NCBI RefSeq assembly: GCF_001194135.2 | Contig: NC_068984.1 | Coordinates: 87,691,416 to 87,755,415, forward strand | DNA length: 64,000 nucleotides | Direction of reading: 5' to 3' | From: Octopus bimaculoides | Taxonomy: Eukaryota | In this document: positions 51,934 through 64,000 of the stretch, piece by piece | Position numbering within the stretch: position 1 is the first letter of the stretch | How the letters are laid out: every line of letters begins with the position of its first letter | Position numbers and translations under genes: made by a program | Notes under the pieces: model-generated | What the model was told of the DNA's origin: nothing | Seen by the model: the letters and a program-made list of their open reading frames with translations, nothing else | The model's database searches: none

Positions 51934-52063
51934 CTTCTTTCAGTTCTCCTCTACTAAATTCACTCACAAAGCATTTTATGAACATGTTTGCCACAAAATA
52001 TTTTAAGTATTGACACATAAAAGAAAGAAGTATTCATATGAACTACATACATGCATACATACA

Positions 52064-52106
<43 letters not shown>

Positions 52107-52236
52107 CTTCTTTCAGTTCTCCTCTACTAAATTCACTCACAAAGCATTTTATGAACATGTTTGCCACAAAATATTTTAAGTATTGACACATAAAAGAAAG
52201 AAGTATTCATATGAACTACATACATGCATACATACA

Positions 52237-52241
<5 letters not shown>
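51932..52241 (+). repeat. Exact tandem duplication of about 137 bp separated by (TA)n
   Basis: Copies start at 51932 and 52105. Confidence 0.9.
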
Positions 52242-52287
<46 letters not shown>

Positions 52288-53254
52288 TTATCGATACATA
52301 CATAATTTACGTACACACACACACATACACACACACAGAAACAGCTGTGAAACAATACATATATGGCTATGTGAATGTAAGCAATTTTTGATTCATTCCA
52401 TCAGACCAAACATTAATTATATCTCCTTAATTATATCTTCTAAAAAATGTTTAGGAAATTCTTAGCAAATGTAGCTTATAAAACTATTTCGTAAACTATT
52501 CTTTTAAGAGCAAAATTACACATGTATGTGTTACATACACACACTCACACACACGCACGCACATATATGTATACACACACATATTCATATATTTATGTAT
52601 GCATATACATATAAATATATCTATATATCTATATATCTATATATCTACCTATCTCTTTATACACATACACAAACACGCACACACGCTCACCCCCCCCCCC
52701 CNNNNNNNNNNNNNNNNNNNNNNNNNNNNNNNNNNNNNNNNNNNNNNNNNNNNNNNNNNNNNNNNNNNNNNNNNNNNNNNNNNNNNNNNNNNNNNNNNNN
52801 NNNNNNNNNNNNNNNNNNNNNNNNNNNNNNNNNNNNNNNNNNNNNNNNNNNNNNNNNNNNNNNNNNNNNNNNNNNNNNNNNNNNNNNNNNNNNNNNNNNN
52901 NNNNNNNNNNNNNNNNNNNNNNNNNNNNNNNNNNNNNNNNNNNNNNNNNNNNNNNNNNNNNNNNNNNNNNNNNNNNNNNNNNNNNNNNNNNNNNNNNNNN
53001 NNNNNNNNNNNNNNNNNNNNNNNNNNNNNNNNNNNNNNNNNNNNNNNNNNNNNNNNNNNNNNNNNNNNNNNNNNNNNNNNNNNNNNNNNNNNNNNNNNNN
53101 NNNNNNNNNNNNNNNNNNNNNNNNNNNNNNNNNNNNNNNNNNNNNNNNNNNNNNNNNNNNNNNNNNNNNNNNNNNNNNNNNNNNNNNNNNNNNNNNNNNN
53201 NNNNNNNNNNNNNNNNNNNNNNNNATATATTTATATATTTATATATATATATGT

Positions 53255-53485
53255 ATGTGTGTGTGTATGTTTGTGTGTCTGTGTTTGTCCCCCCAAAATC
53301 GCTTGACAACCGATGCAGGCGTGTTTACGTCCCCGTAACTTAGCGGTTCGGCAAAAGAGACCGATAGAATAAGTACTAGGCTTCCAAAGAATAAGTCCTG
53401 GGGTCGATTTGCTCGACTAAAGGCGGTGCTCCAGCATGGCCGCAGTCAAATGACTGAAACAAGTAAAAGAGTAAAAGAGTAAAGA
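53255..53485 (+). mobile_element. SINE family A, 3' half, young
   Basis: CpGs retained; (GTAAAAGA)n tail. Confidence 0.85.
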
Positions 53486-53489
53486 GTAT

Positions 53490-54210
53490 ATAAGTCGTCA
53501 AATATGAAATTTGTAGAAAAGAGAAAAAAGTTTGCTAATGTTTTATAAACACAAGGAATAAATAGTTTTATTCAGCAAAGCATGCACCCATTTTGTCAAT
53601 ACACTTTTACCATTTCAGTGGTAGCATGTCCTGCCCGGATATGTAAAAGCCTGACAATCTAGAGTCAATAAAATCTTGGAAGGGCTGTTTTATAGCATCG
53701 TCGGAATTAAAAATTTTTTCCTATCAAAAGGTTAACCAAATTCTGGAAGAAGTGGTAGTCAGTGGGGGCAAGATCAGGTGAGTATGGTAGATGATGGAGA
53801 ACTTCCAACTTCAACTCCTGTAGTTTCACCAATGTCATTTTTGCGATGTGTGGTCTGGCGTTGTCTTGCAATAAAATAGGAGTGAATCTGTTCACTAATC
53901 TAGGCTGGTTTTTTTGTAAGTTTCTGCCTTATTTGGTCCAGCTGGCTGCAATATACTTCGGCCGTAATTGATGAGCCAGGTTTAATGAAATCATAATGGA
54001 TTACACCTGCACCAGACTACCAAATACACACCATCAGCTTCTTTTGATGAATTTTGCTTTTTAGACTGTGTTTTGGTGGCTCATCTTTGTCCAGCCATTG
54101 AACGTTTACGGTTGTTGTATTGGATCCATTTCTCATCACATGTTACACAATTCGATTAAAAAATAATTCATTATTGTGACGAGAAAGTAGCATAATGCAG
54201 GCTTCCAAAC
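53490..54210 (-). mobile_element. DD34D mariner transposase remnant
   Basis: TCDEKW, LLQDNARPH and YSPDLAPTDYHFF motifs; truncated at its 5' side. Confidence 0.9.
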
Positions 54211-54217
54211 TATTACC

Positions 54218-54266
54218 GTCTCCGATGAAGGGATACATTGGATTTTCCCTGAAACAGCTGTATGAC
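54218..54266 (+). ncRNA. Minimal hammerhead, probably inactivated (U4C)
   Basis: GUCU-CCGAUGA-AGGGA..UCCCU-GAAA-C(AGCU)G-UA^UGAC. Confidence 0.6.
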
Positions 54267-54713
54267 TTTATCCATAAAATATAACTCTAACTTTGCCATT
54301 GGTCTCTTTATCCTTTTCTTTCTTTATATATATATATATATGTATTCTTTACGTTTATCTTGCCTCTCTCATCGCCTGGCGTCTCTGTTGCTTTTTCTGT
54401 CAATCCCTTTCACTCTACTATTATTCCCCCTTCCCTCTTATTCTGTTCGCCCCTCCCTTTTTCTCTCAACTTTCTCTTCTATCTCCTGTATTTCTTTCCT
54501 TCTTTCTCTCTTCCCCCCTTTCTCCTTTTACATTGCTTCCCGCTCTATTTCGGTCTTTTTCTCTGCCCCACAACCTGTTCACTCGTACCATGTGACCATC
54601 TCAGTTTTCCTTTCAGCTTCTTTTTGTTTATTTGATCGCTTGCCTGTTCGTCTCGAAATGACCGTCGTGCCGAATAAAGATTCGTACTAAATCAATCTTC
54701 CGTTTCCTTCATC

Positions 54714-54755
<42 letters not shown>

Positions 54756-55221
54756 TGAGAGAGGGAGAGAAATAGAGAGACAGAAGCAATATGAGGAAAT
54801 TCACTATTGGAATTCCACCTTTGATAATCTCGTATTCTTTTCCGGCATATAATATTCATAATAACTTTATTCGGTTTATTAGTCCAAGACGGTATTATAG
54901 AATTTGAGGGAGAATTGGCTCCTCTCCTGGAAGACGGGCGGATGCGCTAATGTCTCACACAGAAATAACTATGACATAAATAGCTCATTTATCTATGTGT
55001 GATAATTACTACAGCTTCTCTCGCATGATTCTTGCAAGAGAATAAGTTTGGACTATAATTACTATAATACAATAAATATTTCGTACATGAATTGAGTTCC
55101 CTTATTTTATTCTCACAAAACTTGCATTTTACTGTTAACACGCGCGCGCTCCCAACCATAAATACATACATATATGCATACACACACATACACATATACA
55201 CACATACTGCTTACTATACTG

Positions 55222-55530
55222 GTATTCCGTCAGTTACGATAAGGGTTCCACTTGATCCGATCAACAGAATAGTAGCCTGCTCACGAAATCAACGTGCATG
55301 CGGCTGAGCATTTCATAGATATGCGTACCCTTAACATAGTTTTTAGGGAGATTCAGCGTGACAAAGGATGTGGCAAGGCTGGCCCTTTGAAATACAGATA
55401 TAACTTATTTTTGCCAGAGAAGTGAAGTGGAGCAACGTACTATAAAGTGTTTTGCTCAAGGACACAATGCGCCCCAGAAATTGAACTCACAACCTTACGA
55501 TCGGTAGCCGAATATCTTAACCACTAAGCT
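55222..55530 (-). mobile_element. SINE family C
   Basis: Homology to 29714-30028 and to family B tails. Confidence 0.75.
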
Positions 55531-57999
55531 TTTGCTATAGTAGTACCAATAATCAGTTGTCAACAAAAAAGCACTTTATGTAATGACTCTGATGGAGCTA
55601 TAAGATGTCGCATTGGCATAAACCTTTGGGAGCATGGTTAATCACAGCCAAAACAGTTGTAAGCTAATGAACATGGTTACATAGCTCCTGTTCTGCTGTC
55701 TTTCATTTATTAGTACACGCGCACACATATTATGCATGTTTAAGTTTGTGTGTGTGTTATTTGTAGAAGACAATTGGTGAACCAAATTGCCATCATTCAG
55801 AGTTTCACAAACACGAAAGCATGTATCTAATCAATTTTCCTTGCTATTAGCATATGACTTAAAAGTGAGAGTTTATTGGTCACTGGTAAGCTTAGTTCTC
55901 ACTGGCAGAGTAGTTCTCTACATCGAATTGTCGAAGACTGCGGGTGTCTCTGCGAACGCAGTTAGAAGGTTAAAAGGTGCTACAAAGTTGTAAATAAAGC
56001 AATTCGGTTAACATTAACTTTTATTAGCAGAGGATTACCTATCTGTGACGGGAATTAAAACTTACTTCGGGTTTCGTCTTGAGGTATATGAAAGTGTGTT
56101 TTAAGATATGAATTTATGTGACTAGCAAGATTTGCGATTACGTAATCTGTTAGAGCATGGAATTATAGTAGGATGGTTAAGTCTTAGGTTCTAAGCGTTC
56201 AGTTAGAACGAGGCCGGAAAGTAGCTGAGCATGTTTCTGAACCTAAAGGAGTGCAAATGTTGGTTCTACCGATCTTTTCAGCCATTGGTGGTAATCCCGT
56301 ATAGTTCCTCTGGATAACATCTGGTGGAGTGAGTACCGCTCTATACACTACTGCTTTAGAGAATAGAATTTCCCACTGGATAAGCGACTCAATTTCGGTA
56401 TTTACGTATGGGTTGCTAGAGTATGCTTTTTGTTGATACGCTTTCGGTTGTCTAGTTTAGAACAGCTAACCTTTACGCTATGTGCGTTGAAGTGTTTGTG
56501 GTGATTTAAAAGGCAAAATTTTCCGACTTTTGCTTATTAGAAGGTCAGCAGCTCCTAAAACATATCTGCACCTGATATTCTTCGATTGCAAGATGGGTTG
56601 ATAATACTACAGAGAAACTAATTTCTTACAGAAGCCACTTTTGTGTAGCACCTCATTTATAATTTGGAGCAGCTTTATCGAAAATATGCATATACATTCC
56701 GCAATAAAATAACATTGATATATATAAGTTTTAAATGAGTAAATCTCATTAGCGGTAAATCTTATGATACTTGTGTAATGGTTTTCCTTTTTATTAAAAA
56801 AAAAAAGAAACTAAGCCAAGACAGTGTTGCTATTTATCAAGCATATCTATGATCAAAGCCATTAAAACCTTGACACCACCACGGTTTTAGGGGTATATTT
56901 GGGGCTACTTTATCAAATGTGTCCTTTATTCTAAAAACAAGCCACTAAACCAGAGCGTGAAAAAATGAATTCATGTTATAAACTAATTTCAAAGCTGGCG
57001 TCAAGAATATAACACTAATTCAAACAAATATCTTATTTCAAGAATAATTTATGTGTAATATATTTTATATTAGGTTTTATACTAAAGCATTTATTGTGGT
57101 TTTAGATATACTTCATTGTTATAATATGATTCAACATATTTCTTTTAAAACGAATAAACAATTTTCAACAGAGTTAAATTCTATCAAAAAAGTGAATCAT
57201 TTGAATGTAAAAACGTCCAACTAAATCTCTCAACGAAAACCGTCATGGCAGTTACAAAATGAAAGAACTCTCAAATAAGCTTTTGTCTGAGATAAGTAAA
57301 ATAGATCGAAGTATATTTAGTCACGAAACTAAAAACATAGTTGACGATCAACGTTTCACATGAAAGCTGTAATGAGAAAGTAAGCTTCTGTATTGATTGA
57401 TTGCCACATTGACTTAATATTTATTATTCTTGATTTTAAAAAAATATAAAATCATGTATGATATAGTGAAATATCAGGCAATGCGTATTTAATGTAAAGT
57501 TTCACTATATATCAAAAATTGTTTTTTTTTTTCGATATCATTAACTCGTAATTTCCCTTGTGACAAAAGTACATTTCCTCCCCACCCCATAGAAACTCAC
57601 TTTTCCTCGCAACGCATAAAATTATTTAAGAACTTTACTTACTGGGATTTATTTTTTTTTTGCAGACGCATACCATCACTAGTTTCTCCAAAACCTTCTT
57701 TTCTTTAAATAAGACCTGAAGTGTTTACTGGGAATGCGTGCACAAATTTTAGACATAACATATTTGTTCATAATAACAAACGAAGACACATTGTTAGAAA
57801 CTCGTAGTAGGCACTAAAAGAGTTTCCGTGGGTCAAGACTGACCTGCACCATATGGTACATTAGATGATTTGAAATAGTGCATTGCACACCAATGAATAT
57901 GTGCAACATCAACAAACACTCTAGTCAACTACATTCTTCTCTTACCGCAGCTTTTTGTTCACAGTTCAAACTCTTTCGCCCTTTGTGAACATTTACAGA

Positions 58000-60570
58000 T
58001 TCGTATTTCTTTTCTCTAAATCTATGCCTTGTTTTTACTTCACAGTTCAAAAGAAGATAAGCAAACAAAAGTAGAAAGTAATATCAAGCTTGAGTTCAAT
58101 AAATACTGAGAAAATGAGCTCTTATTTAAAATAGAAAAACTGTAGCTACTATTTGTGTCTGAGTTAAGGGAAGACATACGTGATTTAGAAAAAGTAGAAA
58201 ATAAAAGATAAATTGTTTCTCGAAAGAAGTTTTGAAAGATTGACGATGAAATGTTTTATGAAAATACTTTTGTGCTAATCAAAAATTGGATGCTTTTCTC
58301 TTATGAAGAAGAAATTGCTACATATGTACAAAATGTCTTGGTATTTAATGAATCTCGAAAGAAAGGTTGACGAAATTGCCCTATGAAAGCAAACAAAAGA
58401 AGACTCACTGAAAAACTCTTACGAGACAGCTGAGATCTTTTCTATGTTTGTACTTTGGACAAATCTACCGACATGTATGATATACTTCAGCCGGAAATTT
58501 TTTTCCATAAGAGGAACTGATGATAACTTTTACGTATCTGAAGCACTTACGGTCTTGAGTCACTTCATGAAAATGAAAGCAAAAACCAAACTTTATCTTG
58601 AAAGCCATACTTCGAAAATCAGCAAATAAATTTCAGTAAATTCCTTAGCATTTGTACTGACGTGGTTCCGTCCATCATTAACAGGATAGTCCTCAAATAA
58701 AATATCACTGCATTACAGAACAAGTGTTGCTGTGCAGAATCCTTCTTAAATTGCCGACAATAGACGAAAACTCAGAGAATATTGCAAAATGATATATTTT
58801 GAATACAAGTGAGCATTATGAGATACGCTTTTGAGAGACAGGCTGTAAGTTAATTTTGTAAACTGTAAAATTCTATTCATAAACCTCGAGAGGAAAATGA
58901 TAACGATGAGTTATTTCATTTAGCATTTTTATTTTACATAACTACACTGACTATGAAGGAGTGCTGCTAGAGCTGTGAAATCTTTCATCTCAAACTCTTT
59001 TTATTAATAACTGCATTGTTTTTTTCTAGATAAACTCGCATCTGACTGTTCGAAGAAGAGTCCAAAAGTAACTAGTAGCGACTTCGCTTGAAAATCGACA
59101 AAACTTTGCATTGCGGTGTTATCAGGTACCTGCAGAAAAGGGAGTAGCCCCCCCCCCCCAAATACATCCGTACTGACATGATTGCTACATTAGGGGATGA
59201 CGCTCTAGCAGTATCAACAGTGCAAAAGTGGGCAGCTGAATTTAGGAGGGGAAGGGAGAGTCTTGAAGATGACACAACGTCTGAACGTCCTGTAATTGCC
59301 ACCACCGATGAAAACATTGGTCGCATTCCCTACAAGGTGAGGGATGACAGGCGATTGACTATAAATAAAATAGCCAATGCTATTAGCATATCCTGTGAGA
59401 GAGTTGAAAATATTCTGCACAATAAATTTGGCATGACAACAGTTTCTACTTGGTGTTGCCACGTTTTCTGACATCAGATCAAAAGCACACTAGGCTGATC
59501 ACATCACAAGAAAATCTAATATTATCTCAGGCAGATCCAGCTGGTTTCCTTGAAAGTTTCTTAACCCGAGATGAGTTCATCACTTTGAGCCAGAGACAAA
59601 AAAAACAAAAACAATCCATGTAGTTGAAATACTTCTTACCTGCTCCAAAGTCGGCCAAGTTCGTTTTATCTGCAAGGAAGGTGATGACGTAAGTTTTCTT
59701 TGATGCAAAAGGCATTGCGTTTATTGATTGTCTTCAAAAGGGTCACACCATCAATGGAGTGTTCTATGCCAATTTGGTGAGGCAGCTATGAAAGACTATT
59801 ATCAAAGCCAAACGCTAAGGAAACTGACGAAAGGGGTCATATTTTACCAGAACAATGCTCATGCGCACAAGTCCTTGCTTTCAATGACTGTTGTGCGTGA
59901 GTGTTGTTTTGAACTTGTTGATCACCATTCCTATTCTCCTGATTTGGCTCCATCTGATTATCATCTGTTCCCTAACATTAACCTTCCACACTTTTCTGGG
60001 AACCTCATATCTGTTGTTGATGGCTTTTTTGACTAACAGGATGAAGCTTCTTCACCGATAGAACTGTGTTGTATGCAAAGAGGGTGGGGTAAGTTAAAAA
60101 GATAAACTTCATTTGGTCACATTCCATGAGAGTATCTTGGTCAGCCTATTAACATTTCAGCCGACCATCGTAGATTTCCCAATGATTTAAATTTAAAACT
60201 GCAGGGCAATAACAAACTGTTTCCTAGCTTAGTAAATGATATACCTCTGTATTTAAGGTGAAATGAAAGTTGTTCATCCCTCAGTTAGAAAATGAGAATT
60301 TGAGCCAGTAGTTTCTTTTCTGTACGGAAGAAAATTACAGCTTTACAGAATATGTTTTTTAAAAGATCAGGTTATTGCTGGAAACATTTAAAAGTTATTT
60401 TCGTGATTCTGTAAAAATGAAGACTGTAAACGTACATTTAGAAATCCATTTTATTTAGTGTAAAACGAAATCATGAAAATGCAAATAAAATGCAAATGAA
60501 AGTTATTGACTTTAAAATAAAATTCATTAATGAAAATGAAATTTGACGAACTTCTTTCATTTCTAAATGT
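58000..60570 (+). mobile_element. hAT (SPIN/GTF2IRD2-like) transposase remnant split by mariner
   Basis: LDKSTDMYDILQ..FIRGTDDNFYVSEAL, SICTDVVPSI; after the mariner, NDLNLKLQGNNKLFPSLVND. Confidence 0.7.
58954..60170 (+). mobile_element. DD34D mariner, decayed full-length copy nested in a hAT remnant
   Basis: TA flanks; STVQKWAAEFRRGRESLEDD, YQNNAHAHKS, YSPDLAPSDYHLFP. Confidence 0.85.
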
Positions 60571-60695
60571 TGTTGATATTAATTTCTAGAGATCATTTAC
60601 CTTCAGAAAATTTTCCTAGAGTTTCGCATCGATACATAGCAAAGAACAGTGATGTATTTATCAATAAGTGTTTCCACAAAAGTGGATATTTTTCA

Positions 60696-60946
60696 ATTGC
60701 TATACATGGGGATGGTCATATTTTGCCAAACAAGCACGCGCACTATATATTTGGTCTTCACTTTAGCTTTATTATTATCATTTTAGTTTCTTTGTCAAAG
60801 CTCTTTCGTCACACATGTTGTAACCTCCTCAAGGACTCTCTATGCCACGTGTTTCCTCTTGTTCTACTTAATAAAGCTGATATGAAGACCAAATATATAG
60901 TGCGTGTGTTTAATTGGCAAAATATGACCATCCTAAGTATAACAAT
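60696..60946. mobile_element. MITE with about 78-bp TIRs
   Basis: 60696-60773 is inverted with 60870-60946; a single TIR copy also lies at about 30680-30712. Confidence 0.7.
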
Positions 60947-61253
60947 ATCTGTTTCAACAGACGATTTCACATCAACAATCTTTCAAAACAAATGGATATT
61001 TTTAATTTAGCATATATATAAAGAATTACGTATAAAATTCCGAAATAAATAATCTATTAGGTTTGAATATCATAAAAGGTTATTCGATTTTACGTGAATC
61101 AATTCGAGTCGTAAAATCAAAAGATTAAGATGAGCTCGTGTAAATCTGAAAGCTTCTTCGCAAGTGACGCATTATTTTGTTGAATTATCTTATACTGGTA
61201 ATAGGAAAAAGAAACAAAAAGCATTAGTTTCTTTACTTTATAATGTGTGTGTG

Positions 61254-61299
<46 letters not shown>

Positions 61300-61806
61300 G
61301 ATAGAGAGATAGATAGACAGATAGACAGACAGACAGACAGACAGATAGATAGATAGATAGATAGATAGACAGATAGATAGATAGATAGATATATCGTTTT
61401 TTATTCCGTCCTTGTTTTTTTTCCATCCTTGCTTTCATATACATTCGCTGCTTTCTTCCAAGGAATCTAATGCTCTTAGCTTAGTTGTTTGTTGGGGCTG
61501 GCCAGATTGGAGCTGGCCATATTGGAGCAATCTCGAGTATAACCAGCCGAAATTGCAAAGATAATCTGGAACTCGACTGAGCAAAGAAAACTCCGAATGA
61601 CCAGTCCTTGTTTTCTTTGTATCGTCTATCCGGATGTTTTGTTGNNNNNNNNNNNNNNNNNNNNNNNNNNNNNNNNNNNNNNNNNNNNNNNNNNNNNNNN
61701 NNNNNNNNNNNNNNNNNNNNNNNNNNNNNNNNNNNNNNNNNNNNNNNNNNNNNNNNNNNNNNNNNNNNNNNNNNNNNNNNNNNNNNNNNNNNNNNNNNNN
61801 TATATA

Positions 61807-62231
61807 GCGGCGTACGTACACTCTGGTCTCTTATATTCCTCCCTGTGCCTGTGAAATCTTGTATCCCTGGTGTAAAGCTTTACTTCCACACACGCCAGCT
61901 TAATTTAATTCGTTCTTTGTCAAAAGATACCTGTTGTTATGCATTATTTACATTATTTATATTTGACGGATATTTGTCCTCATCTTGCTTGTTGCTAACA
62001 ACATTTCGGCTGATACACTCTCCAGCCTTCATCAGGCGTCTTGAGGAAATTTAGAACTTGGGTTCTCATTCGTAAGCTATTTTTGTATGTTGTTGCTGTT
62101 ATTATTATTAAGGTCACTGCCTGGAATCGAACTTGGAATCATGGGGCTAGTAGCTCGAGCTCTTAACCACTACACTATATGATTTAGATAGATATATACT
62201 TACATATTAGAAATCAAGTGTACGTTCGCCG

Positions 62232-62232
<1 letters not shown>
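61807..62232. mobile_element. (TA)n-embedded element with 15-bp TIRs containing a SINE
   Basis: GCGGCGTACGTACAC / GTGTACGTTCGCCGC (14/15), with (TA)n on both sides. Confidence 0.55.
61940..62175 (-). mobile_element. SINE family E, second copy
   Basis: Collinear with 30745-30996; hammerhead core at 61996-62040. Confidence 0.8.
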
Positions 62233-62269
<37 letters not shown>

Positions 62270-62680
62270 GCGTACGTACACTTTTATGTAAGTATATATT
62301 TATCTAAATCTTGTACGACTCTATTCTCTCTATTCTTTTATTCTTTCCCTCTTTCAATCAGCCATTTCACGCTTACTTCGCTCATTCTACTCTTCGTTCT
62401 TTCGTTCCTCCTCTCTCACATTTCCTTGCCTTCTCTTCATGCTCACTTACCCTCCTCTTTTCACTTCACTGTGTCCCTGTTATGTTTTCTCGGCCCTCCT
62501 TATTTCTTCTACCAGTCTCTCGTCTCTCCCCCACGTGACCGGTGTTCGGCCAAGCCTGACCTTTCTTTCTTGGTTCGGCCGCCGTCCGTGCAACATCTAT
62601 ATTCCTCCTTGTGCCCGTGAATTCTTGTATCCCTGCTGTAAAGCTTACATACATACATACATACATACATACAAACATAC

Positions 62681-62716
<36 letters not shown>

Positions 62717-64000
62717 TATAAATGAAGGAAACTAAAGTTTTTTTGTTTCTTTTTACCTTTGTATATATACATATATGTTTGTACATATTATTTAATAAGC
62801 ACAATATGTTTTTATGAGCTAATATGAGTTTCATGCGATGAAAGCAGCTCAGACAGCATTTTTCAACACGTCTGGTGTTTTAGTGCAATCATCAGGCTGT
62901 GTCTACATGGCATAACAAGGTAAAAATATGCCGACAGGATGAGGAAAACAAAAAACGAGAAAAGACGAGAAGGAATTAGATATAAAAGGTGGAAGGTTGA
63001 AAAACCGGAAAACTGGAGAGATTTTATGAGTGAAACCAACAAGCAGGTGAAGACCATGAGCAAGATGGTTGGATAACATCCAAGTGCTCAGTTGGTCTCG
63101 ACTGAGATTTAGCCGGATCAATTGGAGCCGGTTGCTTCTGACAAAACTTGATGGAAAGTATGCTTTAAGACTCTGTTCCTACGACCCTTTCAGGAGTAAG
63201 TGGGCGAAGTAGAAATTGTTGCTTGTCTTTATTTTTAGGTCCGTTATTGATAGTGCAATAATATTTTGCCTACTTCTCTCTTGTTCCACTACAGTGTTTG
63301 GTTGAAATTAAGCTACGTAGGTAATTTTTCCTAGTTGAAATATTTCTATTTTACATCGTTATTCAAGAGAAAATGCTGTAGGTTGTGAGTTATAGAGTTC
63401 ACTGAAGCCAAACTTGTTAAAACATTGCTTGTTCACAGATCCGTGTACATATATCTTTTATTTAAGTAGTTTAACGACCTGGTGAAGTAATACATCGTAA
63501 AATAAGCACATCAGCAAAAAGAATTATTTGAAAATAATATCGTTATTTCGAATAAGAAAAAAGAAACTTTTCTAATGAATGCCGATATGTAATCATATCA
63601 CAAATGTATGACAGTTTGCCTGGTGTCAAAGAAATATGTTAATAAAACAACTATTTCTCCTAACAAAAAACAAGCAAAAAAAAATATTAAAAAATCATTA
63701 ATATTCAGTTAATAAATTATAGTAAATCAAAACTATAGCAAAAATATAATAATGAAAACTTTCAAATCACTTTGAAAAATTGCTTTTAAAATTCAGAAAT
63801 ATCTTCATGAAAAATCGAATATAGTTTTGTGGAATTTATATCAGAGCAGAAAGCCATTCTTTCCTTAATTATTGCTTTCGGCACCAATAAGATATAACTA
63901 TTTTTTCTATAAGGAAGTCGCTACTGTTGTGAAAAAGGGTAGTTGCAAGTTAACTATAACTAGAATTTTAGAAGATGCTATATTACAACACGATAAAAAT

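Noticed and set aside
52526-53338. Long ORFs crossing N gaps and microsatellites (also near 9.4, 31.7, 46.7, 51.2 and 61.7 kb)
   Set aside because: Artefacts of N runs and (TA)n/(CA)n repeats.

Overview
AT-rich, repeat-dense eukaryotic DNA, most likely from an octopus (inferred from recalled SINE, RTE and mariner families; not checked by search). There are seven N gaps (9379-9517, 31661-31935, 46639-46859, 47679-47791, 51115-51377, 52702-53224, 61645-61800), and most of the supplied ORFs are microsatellite or antisense artefacts. One spliced protein-coding gene can be assembled on the minus strand from four coding exons (29578/29554-29497, 24273-24150, 17142-17031, 7065-6967). It encodes a 130-138 aa protein resembling a stand-alone CS (p23/CacyBP-like) domain. 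The gene lies in a CpG-depleted block (about 2.1-34.6 kb) whose upstream edge falls inside a 1.19-kb foldback element, the likely promoter region. The rest is decayed mobile DNA: RTE LINEs, an R4/Dong-like LINE, a rearranged Ty3/Gypsy element, mariner/Tc1, Tigger, hAT and Helitron remnants, MITEs and several tRNA-derived SINE families. The most unusual signal is a set of six Penelope-type minimal hammerhead ribozyme motifs. One sits in a short highly structured retrozyme-like element, two in a tRNA-headed SINE, one in a 747-nt unit that starts at its own predicted cleavage site, and two are degenerate. The Gypsy element also shows a possible tRNA-independent self-priming signature.
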